Positions 26,690 through 40,852 of a stretch of 64,000 nt of DNA are shown here, one piece after another (the stretch's first letter is position 1; each line of letters starts with the position of its first letter). The notes below the pieces were generated by a model. The model made no database searches. It was given only the letters and a program-made list of their open reading frames with translations, and was not told where the DNA came from. The DNA is from Pecten maximus (lineage: Eukaryota): the NCBI RefSeq assembly GCF_902652985.1, contig NC_047028.1:27032001-27096000 (forward strand), read 5' to 3'. A program made the translations under genes and the position numbers.

Positions 26690-27500
26690 ACAATAAGTCT
26701 TCTGTCCTGTGTATTAAATCTTCTGACAAACCATACGACTTCAATTTGCCGATTAACCTTCTGTGTGCAACAATGTAAAATCCCTTCATAAAGTCAAGAT
26801 AAACAACCTCGATTCCACTATCTTCATTAATGATATTCGTCCAGCCATCCATGGCTTTAAGAAGCTGGAGTATTGTGGATCTTCCTTTCTACCACAATAC
26901 CCTGTGTTATTCAACTCTCAGACCATCAGTTAATCACTACAGCCGTTGATTAACAATCTGTTTATACCACACGTGGTATAAACTCTGTACGCATTTCGAT
27001 TGGCTAACACGGTGAACTTTGACCCAAGCTGCAATTGTTATTGACGTCATCAATAATCTAATGACGTCACGTCACCGGGTCCCGGACGTCACCGGTACAC
27101 TTTATTTGCATACGCAAAATTATACTTGGCCACGTTTCTCTTTGATTCAAGCCGATATTATTGTGGTAGAAACAGGTCACACTACTCGAAATGGTTGGAT
27201 ATGGAATTTATTTCACACGAGTAAGTTATTTTTTAAAAGTTGCAAAAAACACTCGCTAAAGCTCGTGTCTTTTGTAACTTTTAAAAAATAACTTACTCGT
27301 GTGAAATAAATTCCATATCCAACAACCACTCGTTGTGTAACCTCTATATCCCTAACCCGAACTGCTGAGTACTAAGAAGATTGTTGTTTATAAGATGTTC
27401 CGTGACATGATTTCTAATAATCGTTTCCAGTAGTTTACCTACGATACGTGTTAAGCTGACTGGTCTATAGTTTCCAGCAATACGCTTATTTCTTTTCACC
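26690..27500 (-). mobile_element. CR1 RT fragment split by a palindromic element
   Basis: GNYRPVSLTRIVGKLLETIIRNH / KGRSTILQLL...VVYLDFMK. Confidence 0.8.
26888..27349 (-). mobile_element. Crypton-like non-autonomous element with a long terminal palindrome
   Basis: Hairpin at ~27175-27345 (GGATATGGAATTTATTTCACACGAG...CTCGTGTGAAATAAATTCCATATCC) and IR TACCACAAT/ATTGTGGTA. Confidence 0.65.
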
Positions 27501-29362
27501 TTTTTATTTCTACACTATTTAAGTATTATTTTTCAGAGTATTTTAATAGCTAAAAAGCTTAAAGGAAACATTACATAGTATATAGGTCTCTGGTATATAG
27601 GTCTCTGATTTAATTTAATCTTGATTGCTTATTATTATCAACTAGGTATGATGAAAGTTAGAGTCAAGAAATTAAAACTTGATTGTTATAAGTAATTATA
27701 AGTTGTCAATGCATACTTATAACAACCAGATAAACACCTCTCTGATTTACTTTGAAGGAGAGACTTCATGTGTATTTTTGTAACTGAAGATTCATATACG
27801 CAATGTCAATCTACTGTTATTTGCGCAAAACTTGTTAACAGTTGATTGTTTTTTTTAATAAAACTTTACATATAGGCCTTTTATGTATATGTAAACAAAC
27901 AAAAAAATCTTAATTGATTGCATTATATAACAGTTTTCTTGTGTGGAATAAAACACCCTCAAACGCCCGATACAGAATGTTTTTGCACGATTTTGTCATC
28001 CAGTGTTACTGTGCATTGTTATCGGTCTTTGTAATCGTAGCGAACGCACCGTCGGACACGTTGGTGGAACTCTTCGCAGTGAAGGTACAATAAGTCATAA
28101 ACCGAAAGTAGGTAAAGTGATGGGGTTGCATTATAGGTAGGAGGTTGCAGCATTCTCGTAGCGGTTTGTGGTCAAATTGGTAATTTACATAGGATAAACA
28201 TTACGAATCAATGATACATGTGGCAAGCGGAGTTCGCTGAGCGCGGTTATTAACGTACTAATTGGGCTACTAGCACTGTACTGGTCCGAAAAGCAGACGG
28301 TACTGTAGTGTAGGTAGTCCGAGGAAACTTCATGTGCATTTCATATGTATGGTGTGTTTTTTTGTCGTCTGTGTTAACGAATGTTTTATTTTCGTTTTCT
28401 TTCAATGAAGAACTAAAACATCTGTTTCATAGCTAAACTTGTCTCCTTTGACAAAGTGGCACAATTGAACTGCTATACTGCACTTTATCTGTAGCCGTTT
28501 TTTTTATTTTTCAAAATTGTCTTAATATAGGTCTTTATATATAAAACAAGCTTTATCTTTCAAAATTTACTTCAAAATTGGGAATTTTTTAGTGGCAAAT
28601 TGGGAATTATCACAAGATTTCTTTAGAGGAATGGGTTCTTTTAATGGACCGTTTCTATTGTAGGAAAAGCCCTGTAATATGAATATGTCCCGGTGTGCAA
28701 CTATATTCAATAATACATTTTTAATCAGTAAAGTGCATAATATGTGATTTTGTGATGATGAAAAAAACAATAACAAACTCTACATATAACAATTGCAACA
28801 TGGGGTTGCATCTTTCACGGAATGTACTCTTGTTTCTTTCAAAAGTAAGATCCATTAGACCATCACTTTGTGTTGTAAACATGATACAGAAGTATTGTAA
28901 GGATGCACCTGTTTATAACGCTTTCTGATACATCCTCTTCTAATGGCTAAAATGATTTTTTTTTAGATATGAAAAAACACAAATTAATAGATTACAAATT
29001 GTGATTGTAATTTGTGTTAAAATTTCAGACATCAAACATGACATCACTTTTTTAAATCAGTCTTTACTTGATTGCCATACAATGAATTAACGAACCTTTG
29101 ATGGTATCTACTTGAACTACAAACTACATGTACATTAAATTTTATATATTGACATGATCCAATGCATTTTAAAAACTTAAGTTTCCAATATTAATATTGT
29201 CATAGAGTTGATATGAATTCTCATACAATAATAGGAATGAATTGCATGTCAGGGTAAAGATCATTGGATAAATGTAAAATCACTTTACTTCTAATATCTA
29301 ATGCTTTTCACTTCTCAGTTCAGGTGCAGAGATCTCGTGATTGATGACTGGATGATGACAAG

Positions 29363-29468
29363 ATGGACGTTTTAAGGCCCCAAATTATCCAAATTGGTGA
29401 TCGTTGTTACAGGAAAAATCCGCCACTGCATAGGGATGTAGAAGCTGATGAAGAGGAAGATTTCAATG
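29363..29468 (+). CDS. ASCC1: Activating signal cointegrator 1 complex subunit 1, coding exon 1
   Basis: MDVLRPQIIQIGDRCYRKNP, the conserved ASCC1 N-terminus; GT donor, phase 1. Confidence 0.9.
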
Positions 29469-30700
29469 GTAGCTATGTATATATTTCATTGAAAGGGTTT
29501 ATTTCTTGTATGATCTGCAGGTACAAAATGTCATTAGGAATATATAATCCAAATCAATTTATTATATATCAAATGTAAACTTTACTGGATGTTTTTGTTT
29601 TGTATTTTTTAACTACAATTCATCTTACAACACTTAGATTTTAGACTAGCTTCCAATTAGCTGTATGTTAGTAGAGATTTGTCCGGCACATTTCAATTGA
29701 ACAGCAAAAAAAGACTACATGTACTGGCAAACACACTAGCATATTGACCACAGGGATGTGCTCTGCAGTCACATGTTACTTTACTCCAATCTCTTAGACT
29801 GGAGTTCTGTATTTATCAACAAATAAATTCCCTTGTTCTTTTTTTTCAGAATCAGTGATTCACAATCAAGGCCTCCACAAATGTTAACTCTAAACTTTTA
29901 CACTAGGGGAGAAAGATTATTTTAGTTTTACAATATGATTTTGTCTTGCTTGCATTACTTTGCTGCATAATTCGGATGGCCACAATGGTTCAGTTGGTAA
30001 GAGCGCCAGACCCATAATCCCAGGTAAAGATCAGAGGTGTGTGGTTTGACGCTCGTTACACATGGAGTTTTTTGCTTCTTAGGAAACTGAGAAACAGGCC
30101 AGTCTGTGCTGTTGTGGTTGTGTACACCTTATCTTAATTGTCCTGGAACATTCTCCTGTATGTTGTTCAGTGAGGTAGTCACCAACTACTACAAGGAGAC
30201 CCAACCTCAAAATGATCCTGGCTGTTCATTGGGCAATAAACCCAGCAAACAATTGCTACATAATTTAAATCTATGGTTTAGTACTAAGCTAGGCCTTTAA
30301 GAAATATGGCCCTTTTATCAGCAGAACACATACACAAAATACTTCTAGCAGACACTTTGTATATCTTCACACACATCATAGAAATACATGCATGCTGAAA
30401 TAAAACAAATTTCTGTGAAGTCAACGCTTGTTTGTCAATGGTTTGGAATGGGTTCTTTTTGTCTCTTATTAGGAAGGAAATTTTCAGAAGTAAACTTCAA
30501 AATTTGGGCTTAAATATGAAATAGTTTTATTTGGGAATGGGGCTCGTTATTGGCCCCAAAGAGCCCCTAGAATAAACCCTGGTGGTGTATTTGATGTAGC
30601 CCTGAAGTTAGTAAATATGTATTATCATTATCACATTGACACCATTTTTCCTCTGAAATTTATTGTTTCCTCAATGGCTAAACACCATGTATTGTTTTAG

Positions 30701-30916
30701 AACAAGAAGAACCAGTTGACTGTGGATGGAATGATGAGATTTGTGACTTTCGAACACCAATAGAGGAAACGAACAATGGCTTCCAGTTGTCAATTGATAT
30801 TCCCAGTGCTTTATTCAAACACATTATTGGCCGAAAAGGGGAGACACGGAGACGTATAGAAAATGAGACGAAAACCCAACTGAGAATACCAAAGGCTGGA
30901 CAGGAAGGCCCGATAG
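30701..30916 (+). CDS. ASCC1: ASCC1 exon 2 (KH domain)
   Basis: IPSALFKHIIGRKGETRRRIENETKTQLRIPKAGQEGPI; AG/GT. Confidence 0.92.
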
Positions 30917-32059
30917 GTAGGATATAATTTCACAAGACAAGCAAAACAGATTTAACAGTGTCACAGCATTTCTTAGATGCTCTCATTGCTCAATAATTTG
31001 ACAGAATACTATAGCCCATTTATCCAATCAGGAGAAGATGTTAAAGTAAACCAATTTATCATCTCATCAGCATGTAGGCTATCATGAAAAAACATACTGT
31101 ATTTATCTACATATAAGCCCCCTTCCTCTCATTTGCAGAATCCTCAATATAAAAAGTAAGCTGGATCAGTTTATAACAAAGTCGGATTTTCAGTTGGGAG
31201 GGGCCTTGGCAATAGATAATAAACGGCAGGAGCTTCTGTTCACATGTTTACTTGCACATATTGATAAGTACAGGCAGAAAAGTCCCTGCAATCAAGCAAA
31301 TAGCTTCTGTCAATATACATATACATTCGAAACTAACGCGCCCAACTTTACAACAACAGCGCGTAATTTGAAAACAGTTAAAATTACACATACTCAGATT
31401 AGACCACATTCAGTTAACGTATTCGGAGTTAAAATTATTAGGATATGCTTTTAAAATATAAACAGATACCTGATTCGATACAAGTTAACTTAATTTGGAA
31501 TTATAAACGTCGGTGGAAGTACCGATCACATGTAACACAGTAGATAATGAATTAATATATAATAATAATTAATAATAACAATTTCACTACTTACTTGGCA
31601 TGTGGTGCCCAGGACGTATTTACAAAATGTATGAAAAGTTGGCATAAGAATGACCGTCTTCTCTGACCAATGTACAGAGTGGAACTGGGGAAAGAGCGCC
31701 AAAAAGGGATAGAAAGAAAGAAGAAGAAACGCATTGCGCATGTCCTGCCCTGTCCTGTCCGTCAGTGGTCAAACCAGTTTATACAAACATACATCACACG
31801 AACATACTCTCCGGACATTCACGAACCACACATACAAAGCACATAACTGACAGCTACCTGTAACACAGCATAGGATACACACTGCGTGACAATCACACGA
31901 CAAGTACAGAACATTTACCTAACAGCCACAAACACGACGTGGGATACGAACAGCACAAATACAACACAACGAGCAGTTATAAAAGTGATTCAGTTAAAAT
32001 AACCAAAATTAACAGGGTGCCACAAGTTCTCAAATAAGACTCTTCAAACTATGATACAT

Positions 32060-32805
32060 GTATTGTCATTAATTTCTACACAAGGGATGTCATTAACCTT
32101 TACAAAAGGAATGTCCTTAACCTTTACACAAGGAATGTCCTTAACCTTTACACAAGGAATGTCCTTAACCTTTACACAAGGGATGTCATTAACCTTTACA
32201 CAAGGAATGTCCTTAACCTTTACACACGGGATGTCCTTAACCTTTACACAAGGGATGTCCTTAACCTTTACACAAGGAATGTCCTTAACTTTACACAAGG
32301 AATGTCCTTAACCTTTACACAAGGAATGTCCTTAACCTTTACGCAAGGGATGTCCTTAACCTTTACACAAGGAATGTCCTTAACCTTTACACAAGGGCTG
32401 TCCTTAACCTTTACACAAGGGATGTCATTAACCTTTACACAAGGAATGTCATTAACTTTACACAAGGGATGTCCTTAACCTTTACACAAGGGATGTCATT
32501 AACCTTTACACAAGGGATGTCATTAACCTTTACACAAGGAATGTCATTAACCTTTACACAAGGGATGTCATTAACCTTTACACAAGGAATGTCCTTAACT
32601 TTACATAAGGAATGTCATTAACTTTTACACAAGGAATGTCTTTAACCTTTACACAAGGAATGTCATTAACCTTTACACAAGGGATGTCATTAACCTTTAC
32701 ACAAGGAATGTCCTTAACCTTTACACAAGGGATGTCATTAACCTTTACACAAGGAATGTCATTAACTTTTACAAAAGTGATGTCCTTAAATTTTACTCAA
32801 GGGAT
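32060..32805. repeat. 24-bp minisatellite (~31 units) in ASCC1 intron 2
   Basis: CCTTAACCTTTACACAAGG(G/A)ATGT head-to-tail, no spacers. Confidence 0.97.
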
Positions 32806-32851
32806 GAAGGTCAAATGAGGATCAATATGATACTAATTTGTATTGTCACAG

Positions 32852-33030
32852 TGATTGCTGGAGCAGAAAGAAAAGGAATCATCTCTGCCAAAACGAGAAT
32901 TGACGTTATTGTGGGTACTGCCCGCCAGAAGGAACAGTTCACCCACTTTCTGTCTATTCCTGTCACAACTGGCAAAGTCATTGAGCGTTGCCTGGAGTTC
33001 AAAGACGATGTTCTACGGGAGTGTGATGGG
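32852..33030 (+). CDS. ASCC1: ASCC1 exon 3
   Basis: IISAKTRIDVIV...FTHFLSIP; AG/GT, frame consistent. Confidence 0.92.
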
Positions 33031-33145
33031 GTATGACCATTTAATCCTTACAACTACATACAAATTAAGGCATAAAATAGAACGCTATAGGCATAATGTA
33101 CATTGTGAATTTATGTTTGATATTAAACTCCTTTTTAATGTATTT

Positions 33146-33357
33146 GGGCTGCTGTGGCTGACTGGTTAAGGTGTCCCGACACTTTATCACTAGCCCTCCA
33201 CCTCTGAGTTGGGAGTTCAAAACCTACTACGTGGGGCATTTGCCTGGTATTGGCCATTGGCCGGTGTTCTCCTTGTACTCCGGCTTTCCTCCACCTCCAA
33301 ACCTTCATCCTTAAATGACCCTGGCTCTTAATTGAACATTAATCAAAATAAACCAAA
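33146..33357 (+). mobile_element. V-SINE
   Basis: tRNA-like head, V core and shared tail. Confidence 0.85.
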
Positions 33358-33987
33358 GTATTGAAATATGTTCTCTGAAAAAGATGGATAATTCTTCAAA
33401 TAATTTCTCCTTTATAGTGATCCTTTAACCATATTTCATGAGGATCTGATGAAAAATTATTTGTACACCACCAATATTTTCCTTCTCCCTTTATATCTGT
33501 TTGCTCTGTATCTGAATTTGTAATCTTCTTCCATTTGTTGCATTAGTAACTTCATAGAATAATGTAAGTATGTAGTTATGTTAGCAGAGATTTGATTCCA
33601 AATCTGGAGCAACAAGGTTCAAACACAATGGATAAGGAGTCACTTCAAAAACTTTTTCTATGGCATAGTAAACTGGGTACCGACTTGAGACTAGATAAAC
33701 TGTATGAGGGGACATAATGTTTTTTCAACAAAACTTTACATGATTGTGTTGAGGGGACACATTATTGTGGTATATAAGTGTAGTATCACACTGCAAATTA
33801 ACTAAAATGTACCTTGTTGACAACTGCGGGGTCTTATGGGGGACATATATTACAGTGCCTGTTACTTGTTCTATTTCTGATTCCAGTGTAGAGGATTTTA
33901 ATTGATCCTGTAAACTGGTAACAACATTCCTTGTCCAGTGTTTGTATGAATTGCTTGTTTTACTGGTTTGCCTTTCTTCTGTGGTAG

Positions 33988-34124
33988 GACCGAGGAATAG
34001 ATTCCACGATATTCCAGAAACCTGAGAAGCTACATCTGACATTAGGGACACTGGTGCTTTTGTCAGACGCCGAGGTTCAACAAACTCTTAACGTTCTTCA
34101 ACAGTGTCATGAAGATCTTGTGGG
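33988..34124 (+). CDS. ASCC1: ASCC1 exon 4 (first HxT motif of the 2H phosphoesterase domain)
   Basis: DRGIDSTIFQKPEKLHLTLGTLVLL. Confidence 0.92.
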
Positions 34125-34307
34125 GTAAATTTCTCTCTTTCCTATGTCAAATATTTTCAAAATGTTTTCAGATTTAAGCCTCATTCAGAAGGTGTCTGAC
34201 AACTTCTCTGCAGACTTTAAACTTCAGATGCTGTGACACCTGATTTACTAAAAACAATTATGTAAAGATCAAAGGTGTGAGGTTCAAAACCTTCTTGAGG
34301 CTGTTTG

Positions 34308-34438
34308 TAGCCACCAGCTACTACAAGAATGCTACTTCAGGAGTTAGCCACCAGCTACTACAAGAATGCTACTTCAGGAGTTAGCCACCAGCTACTACTA
34401 GAATGCTACTTCAGGAGCTAGCCACCAGCTACTACAAC
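34308..34438. repeat. 37-bp tandem repeat (~3.5 copies) derived from the CORE-like SINE body
   Basis: TAGCCACCAGCTACTACAAGAATGCTACTTCAGGAGT at 34308, 34345, 34382 and 34419 (partial). Confidence 0.9.
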
Positions 34439-34986
34439 ACTAGCACTCTGCCTCAGAATCACCCTGGTTGTTGATTGGGTAACAAACCCAGCAAGCAAAC
34501 ACACATGTATACAGTGTCATTGTAAGGTCTGATGTTTGTAGAAATATATATTAGTGGTGTAACAATTCACCGATGCATTGTCTATCCTTGATTTGTTGAC
34601 AAATTGTAGTTATCTCCCTTGACTAATGTTAGCTTACTTTTTGTAGTAAACCAAATGGCTGACAAGGGCATTTCAGTGGCTTATAAAGCGGCCTGTTTGA
34701 ATTCTTTCAAATTATCTGAATTCAAGAACGCTCTGTGGGAAATGGACAAAACCTATGTGTTTTGTAACAAATGTAGACATACATGTGTACACTCTAATTT
34801 TCCGGAAATACCACAAACAAATCATGACTACTGTACGATGGAATAGCAGATATCTGATACATGTAGGTCATCAGCTTCTCATATATCATGATACATATCA
34901 TATCATGACCCCTGTATTGTGATACAAATCATATCGCTACCCACCTTGCGATACACGGCTCTGATAATAAATTGTTCTATTTTCAG

Positions 34987-35106
34987 ACCCATCCTGAAAG
35001 GTCAGCGACTATGTCCTCGTATTCAGGGTATTGAGTACATGAATGACGACCCGAGCTGTGTTGATGTCCTCTACGCTAAAGTGGAGCCAGGCGAGGATCT
35101 TGACAA
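34987..35106 (+). CDS. ASCC1: ASCC1 exon 5
   Basis: GIEYMNDDPSCVDVLYAKV. Confidence 0.92.
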
Positions 35107-35315
35107 GTCTGTATCTCTAGCATCTCCTTATTTTGAACGCAAAAGCATAGGTGGTTGGTCGGTACAGTGGTACCACACTTGCCTTTCGCCTAAGCTTCGG
35201 TCCGGGCCAACAAACATGAATAATATAAGATGATATATAACTTGTTTCGAATTTGTTGTAAAATAAATCAAGTTTTCATACCAAAAAGTATTATTTAATC
35301 AGCAAGTTTGTAGCT

Positions 35316-35527
35316 GGGGCCACGGTGGCTGAGTGGTTAAGGTGTCCCAACACTTAATCACTAGCCCTCCATCTCTGGGTTGTGAGTACAGAATCCATGT
35401 AATGCCAGGTACTGATTGTAAGCTGTTGGTTTTTCTCCAGGTACTACGGCTTTCCTCCACTTCCAAAACCTGGCACGTCCTTAAATGAGCCTGGCTGTTA
35501 ATAGGACGTTAAACAAATAAACCAAAC
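35316..35527 (+). mobile_element. V-SINE
   Basis: GGGGCCACGGTGGCTGAGTGGTTAAGG head through to the AAACAAATAACC tail. Confidence 0.88.
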
Positions 35528-35786
35528 GTTTGTGTCTGATTATGGACTGTGAAAATACCTCAGTTCCTGAATGGAAACTATTGTAAATGCCCTTGGATAC
35601 ACAGAAATTCTCAATAGCAATTTGATTTCTAGGTCACTGACCTCATTTAACCAGTCTGTCTACATGCCTCTTGCCAAGCCCCTGTGAACTGAATTACCAT
35701 ATAAAAATGTTCTGTCCATGTCTGTATTCATTTTCAGGATGTGACATTTCCCTGATTTCTAGTGATGTAATATTTATGCTCGACAG

Positions 35787-36024
35787 GCTACAGATCCTTG
35801 TGGATCGTATCGTAGAGAAGTTCAGCATCACGGGCCTCATGCAGGAGTCATACAGCTCAGTGAAGCTCCACATCACTATCATGAACACGCTAATGAGACG
35901 CGACCCTTCTGGTGCCACAGTACCTCGACACCAAGACCGAAAGTCACGCTCAGATGATCGCAGGGATAATAAGGGTCAACAAAACAAGGAACGGGAGTCA
36001 TTTAATGCAATGAGTGTGCTCAAG
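35787..36024 (+). CDS. ASCC1: ASCC1 exon 6 (second HxT motif)
   Basis: VKLHITIMNTLMR...RESFNAMSVLK. Confidence 0.92.
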
Positions 36025-37148
36025 GTTAGTTTTATAAACAGGATCATTTTCACATTTGTTTTATGAACAGGATCATTCTTAAAGTTGTTTTATAAACAGA
36101 CTCTCCAGAAGGTCATAAAGTTTTGTTAATGCTTTCAATTTTATTTCTATAATTTTATTTTTATAATTTTTTGTATTGCCATCATTGGATTAAAAGTGCT
36201 ACATCTCTGACTATGAGTAATTATCATTGATTGAAAACACAAGAATAAGCTATATATAATTTGATACAATATTGATAATATATTATTACCATTCTCAGAA
36301 TGTTTGAGTTTTTTTTTTTTTTTTTTTGTCTTTCAAATTTTAAAGTGATTAACCGTAAATCCTGGATAATTTATATTTGAAATATTAGGTACATAACATG
36401 TGGTCTTTTAAACAGTCGTTAATATTTATTTCTATATGTGACAAACAGTGTATTCAACATCGACAGAACTTCAAAGTATTGTAAGAGTTATTTCCCTTGA
36501 TATGCATAATATCCCTTGTCGGGGAACTACTGTCAGGTGAAATGACTCAAGAAAACTCTATTAAAAATTCATCAGTACCAATAATATCATAAGCATTGTG
36601 TAACCAAAGCAAACAATCAGACATCTCATATTGTAATGTTCATATCTGCTAATAATAGGGGCATAACACTTTTCAATTTCAGTTGAATAATGTGATTTCT
36701 CTGTGAATTTTAAGTTTTCTTTAAGATGTAATGGGAAATGATATTAAAGGAAGTAAATGGTTAGATTTTCATTGAAAAAACACAATGAAATTGTTGAATT
36801 ATAAGTATTTAAAAAAAATATGCACTTTGTATCAAATATAAAATTAAAAACTGTCCACTGCTTTTAAGAATTGTAAAAATTGAAATAAAATATGAACAAT
36901 CTAGTGTCTATTTCATATCATTATTTTTCAAATTTATGAAGAAAATTAATGAAATCTAACAATTTAGTCCCTTTAAACCTGTTTAAATTGCAATTGTTTT
37001 TCAAAGAATCAATATATGGTATTCATAAAAGAAAATTTCATTGAAGGTTTAACAGTATAAAATTCAAGAATTTGATAAGTTATGAACACTTTATAAAATA
37101 AAAAACCATTATATCAAACAAATGTTTTGTTCATTCTTTTTTTTACAG

Positions 37149-37265
37149 AAATTTGGAGAATTTGACTTTGGTGAACACCACATCAAAACAATCCATCTCT
37201 CACAGAGAAATATGGTTGCCAAGGATGGTTACTATGGCTGTGCTGGGTCACTTCTGTTACCATAG
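37149..37265 (+). CDS. ASCC1: ASCC1 exon 7 (terminal); spliced CDS is 1113 nt, 370 aa
   Basis: KFGEFDFGEHHIKTIHLSQR...DGYY...LP*. Confidence 0.92.
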   Translation, partial: KFGEFDFGEHHIKTIHLSQRNMVAKDGYYGCAGSLLLP

Positions 37266-38664
37266 CAACCGTCGGATAGACTTATCACAGACACTGTTAC
37301 TTATCAAGACATTATTTTTGACTGGTGCGAATGTTGAGGAGAATGGAAGAAATGAGAGAATAAAATAAAGATGAAAGTCACTGAACATTTTGCATTTTAT
37401 TTTTAACCATCCATCATCTGATGGTTGGCTGTTCAACATGGCGGTGGTCCATATTCTGCGGTCCATCCTTTAAACAAATAGTTCTTCATAAATATTTTTA
37501 AAGAAACCTTTTGTATATTCAATTGTAAGACTCATTGCATCAGTAAAATAATGGTCTCCTTTGAAGAACTTTGACAATTTCTGTTTGTTTGCACTATTTC
37601 TCATGAATTGGTACTTTGATCCTTGTAAAATTGTATATGGAGACCACACATTTCTTTGATCCTTGTCAAATTGTATATGGAGACTACACATTTCTTTTTA
37701 TATTAGACTTACTCTGAAGTTCACAGTACACTTCCTTTATATAACAAAAGCTACCTCTCAGAGGCCATACATTTTTATTAATAGCTAACTCTGCAAACAG
37801 CAGTGCATTTTCTTTATAAAAAACTAACACAGAAGAAGCTGGTAATAGACTCTAAATGTGCTTGCTACATAACTACATAACCCTCTCGATCGACACCTGA
37901 ACTATGTTAGTAGTCATATTTTGTGTTTTATATGAACTCACTAGGTGCCACATAAGTCCACTGATGTTGCTACATGTTAATTTATGCGCCCACTCGCAGG
38001 TGTTTTTTATTCGCTTTTTATCGGCCATGTGACGGCTCTCAAGTCACTTCATCAATGTGCCTCTCGCCCTCTCACTGTTCACAATCACTAATCATCCGGG
38101 TTCCCCTGAGTCCAACACACACGGCTGCTTTCCTGAGAGAACAAGAAGCGTACCTTACCACTTATCAGACTGCAACAGGCATTGATAACCAAGGCTCTTC
38201 GAAACTCGATAATAGGACCAGTCCTATTGAAAATTTTGAGCATTCGTGGTTTAACTCACATCATGGAACCAAAAACTGTGGCTGTGAACTCCTCAACATA
38301 TCAGTGTACTCTCCAGCTCGCTCCCTCGTACAGAACCATCTAACACCATCATCAGACCTGTCAACTACCAACTGAACAAACTAAATCCCTCTAAAAATCG
38401 GAAAGAATGTGATAGACACTTCATAAACATCATACCCAAAGACTCCTCAGCTCCTCATTGATTGCAGCACCGGATGCTATGAACTTCTGAAACACGAAAT
38501 TGTTCTAACTAATGAAAAAGTAGAACTTATCAATTAAACACAAAATACACCTCATCAAAGAGGCAAAAGTTGATGACCACAGCAATTCTTGTCCGAGCCA
38601 TGAACAGACTTTCAACCGGCTCGGCACGCAGACGGCAGCATTTCATTTTAAACATGTATCAAAC

Positions 38665-38734
38665 TAGCCCTAGTTTCCTCTGGCCATGACACCTACACCA
38701 GACACGGTGTCGGGGCCAGAGGAAACTGGGGCTA
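38665..38734. mobile_element. Palindromic mini-MITE, 9-bp TSD
   Basis: TSD GTATCAAAC/GTATCACAC. Confidence 0.88.
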
Positions 38735-40852
38735 GTATCACACCAGTTCGTGCATTCTTAGGAATGGTATAAATGTTGCCCCATTCCAAGAGACCATTAA
38801 ACACGACAACATAGATATCATCACAACCAAGATTGGCATGTCCGATCTGGATAGACGTGAAGCCGGTCTCGGAGAGATGCCTCCAAACAACCATTGAACA
38901 ACAAAGCATGTGCCTGGAAGGGGTGCTAGACCTATCCGACGACCGACATTCTCCCTGTAAAATCTCCAGACCCCACACACCACCCAAGGACCCCAACATA
39001 TACACACACTGCCACGCCGATGTAACTGATGGAATTGAGTGAGACATATGCCTACAGTGGAACCATTTCGATTGTGAAAGAATGGATACCGACAGGGAGA
39101 ATTTCTATTCCGATGGAGATGTCCCATACAGCTGCCTGTCATGTAAGCAACTCGCCTTTCATTTCCCTCCTACTGACAGAGAATCTAGCCATACATGTAA
39201 CTGACCTAGGATGTTCACTCCTACAGTTAGAACATCATAACCTCCTCAGTGCCGACTCCCAAGACGCAGATAATTCCGTTACTCTTCAAAAGAACAGAAT
39301 CAACAATGTAACCTAAAACATTTCTCCTGTATGTCAAACAAAGGACCGTAATCCTACCACAGACATGATTACAGATGAACAATTAACCAAACGGACAACA
39401 GAAGAACCAGTAACCACCCAGATGATCTCTGTTGAAATAAATGACGAAGCACAAATGTCCGATGAAAGGCATAGGAACACCACAACCGACCGTAAAACAG
39501 ACAAACCAAAGAATAAGCCAAACAAGCTAAATTTTCAACCTGATACTGCTGACCAACTCCGTCATGCGAACAAGAGACTAACGCAAATGGAACAACAAAT
39601 ACTTGATTTAGAACGAAAAAACAAACCTCTTAGGATGAACAACATAAACCAAACAACAAACGCCACTCCTGAAAACTTCGAAGAAAATTTTCTCAAACCA
39701 ACGCATGTCCCCTTGAACAAACCTACTCAGATGCCAGAATTCAAAATCTTGAAGTTGACATGTTCAGACAAAGGATGATGAACTTGTAAAACATCACTGC
39801 TATGTAATCTCTCGATCTTATAAACAACTCTTTTCAGCAATTCTCAACTGCGACCCAAAACTTCCAATTTGCACATAGATGCTCACAGTCGCCTTCCCAC
39901 ATCTTCTCACCACATCAACCCAATAAAGTACTTCCCCTCCTCTACCACCTACGATTCCAAACCTTCATCGGGTGTATCACCCTAGACCTGGACCTCTTCA
40001 ACCTTATCAAGCACCCCAGTTCTCTCAACGCTGCAAGTACGTACCACAAACTACTGTACCAACACACGCCAATAGCCAAGATATGAATCAGTAGACTCTC
40101 CCCCGCAACTTGCATAATAAATATCACAATGATAGCCAACCTCCAGAATCACAGATGCCAAAAACTGCTCCCAGTAGATGTTTCAATCAACTTCATCATA
40201 ATAAAAAGTCAAAGGAATCTGCCCCTCGAGTGCACATTCCTCTACCAAATGCAGGCAGCTTTACCAAGACAGTTGATAACCACCCGCATCCCCAAAGGAA
40301 TAAAGGTGGACGAAGAAGACATCAGCAATCCCCCGCCATCTAAAAAGACCGATCACCATGAAATCCACGAGAACACCGGCACCCAAAACGTACAATCTCG
40401 TCACGGCAAAACAACGCTGGTATTCATCAGCACAGAGGCCGACATAACCCTCCGATGTTCTCACACAGAGAAACAACAACCCGTGATGAGCTCTCACCTC
40501 TCACTTAGAGATACTCAACTCCCAAGAAAGTTAGCTTTAATATCACCCCTCATCCAGACTTCAGTACATCAACTCTCAGCCCTGAAATCTCCAATGGCGT
40601 TAATTCTTTTTTAGACAAAATTCGACAACCAACTGGAAGATCAGTCCACACTATCAGATGCACTTAAAGTATCCAACGTTTAGCCAAACCTATGCGTAAC
40701 AGAATGTCTGCACCAACACTGCATACCTTAAAGGTTCGCTGAAGCGAACAGACATTTTATGTATCTAAGGACACTGGTTATTCCAATTCCAAAAAAGGGG
40801 GAGTTGGGAACCATATCTGTTGATTACTCAGGTCATGCTAAATTTGTAGACT

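Noticed and set aside
32044-32818. Repetitive ORFs (VKDIPCVK / MSLTFTQG) and a CRISPR-like appearance
   Set aside because: Read-through of a 24-bp intronic minisatellite; 23-bp units break the frame; no spacers and no cas genes
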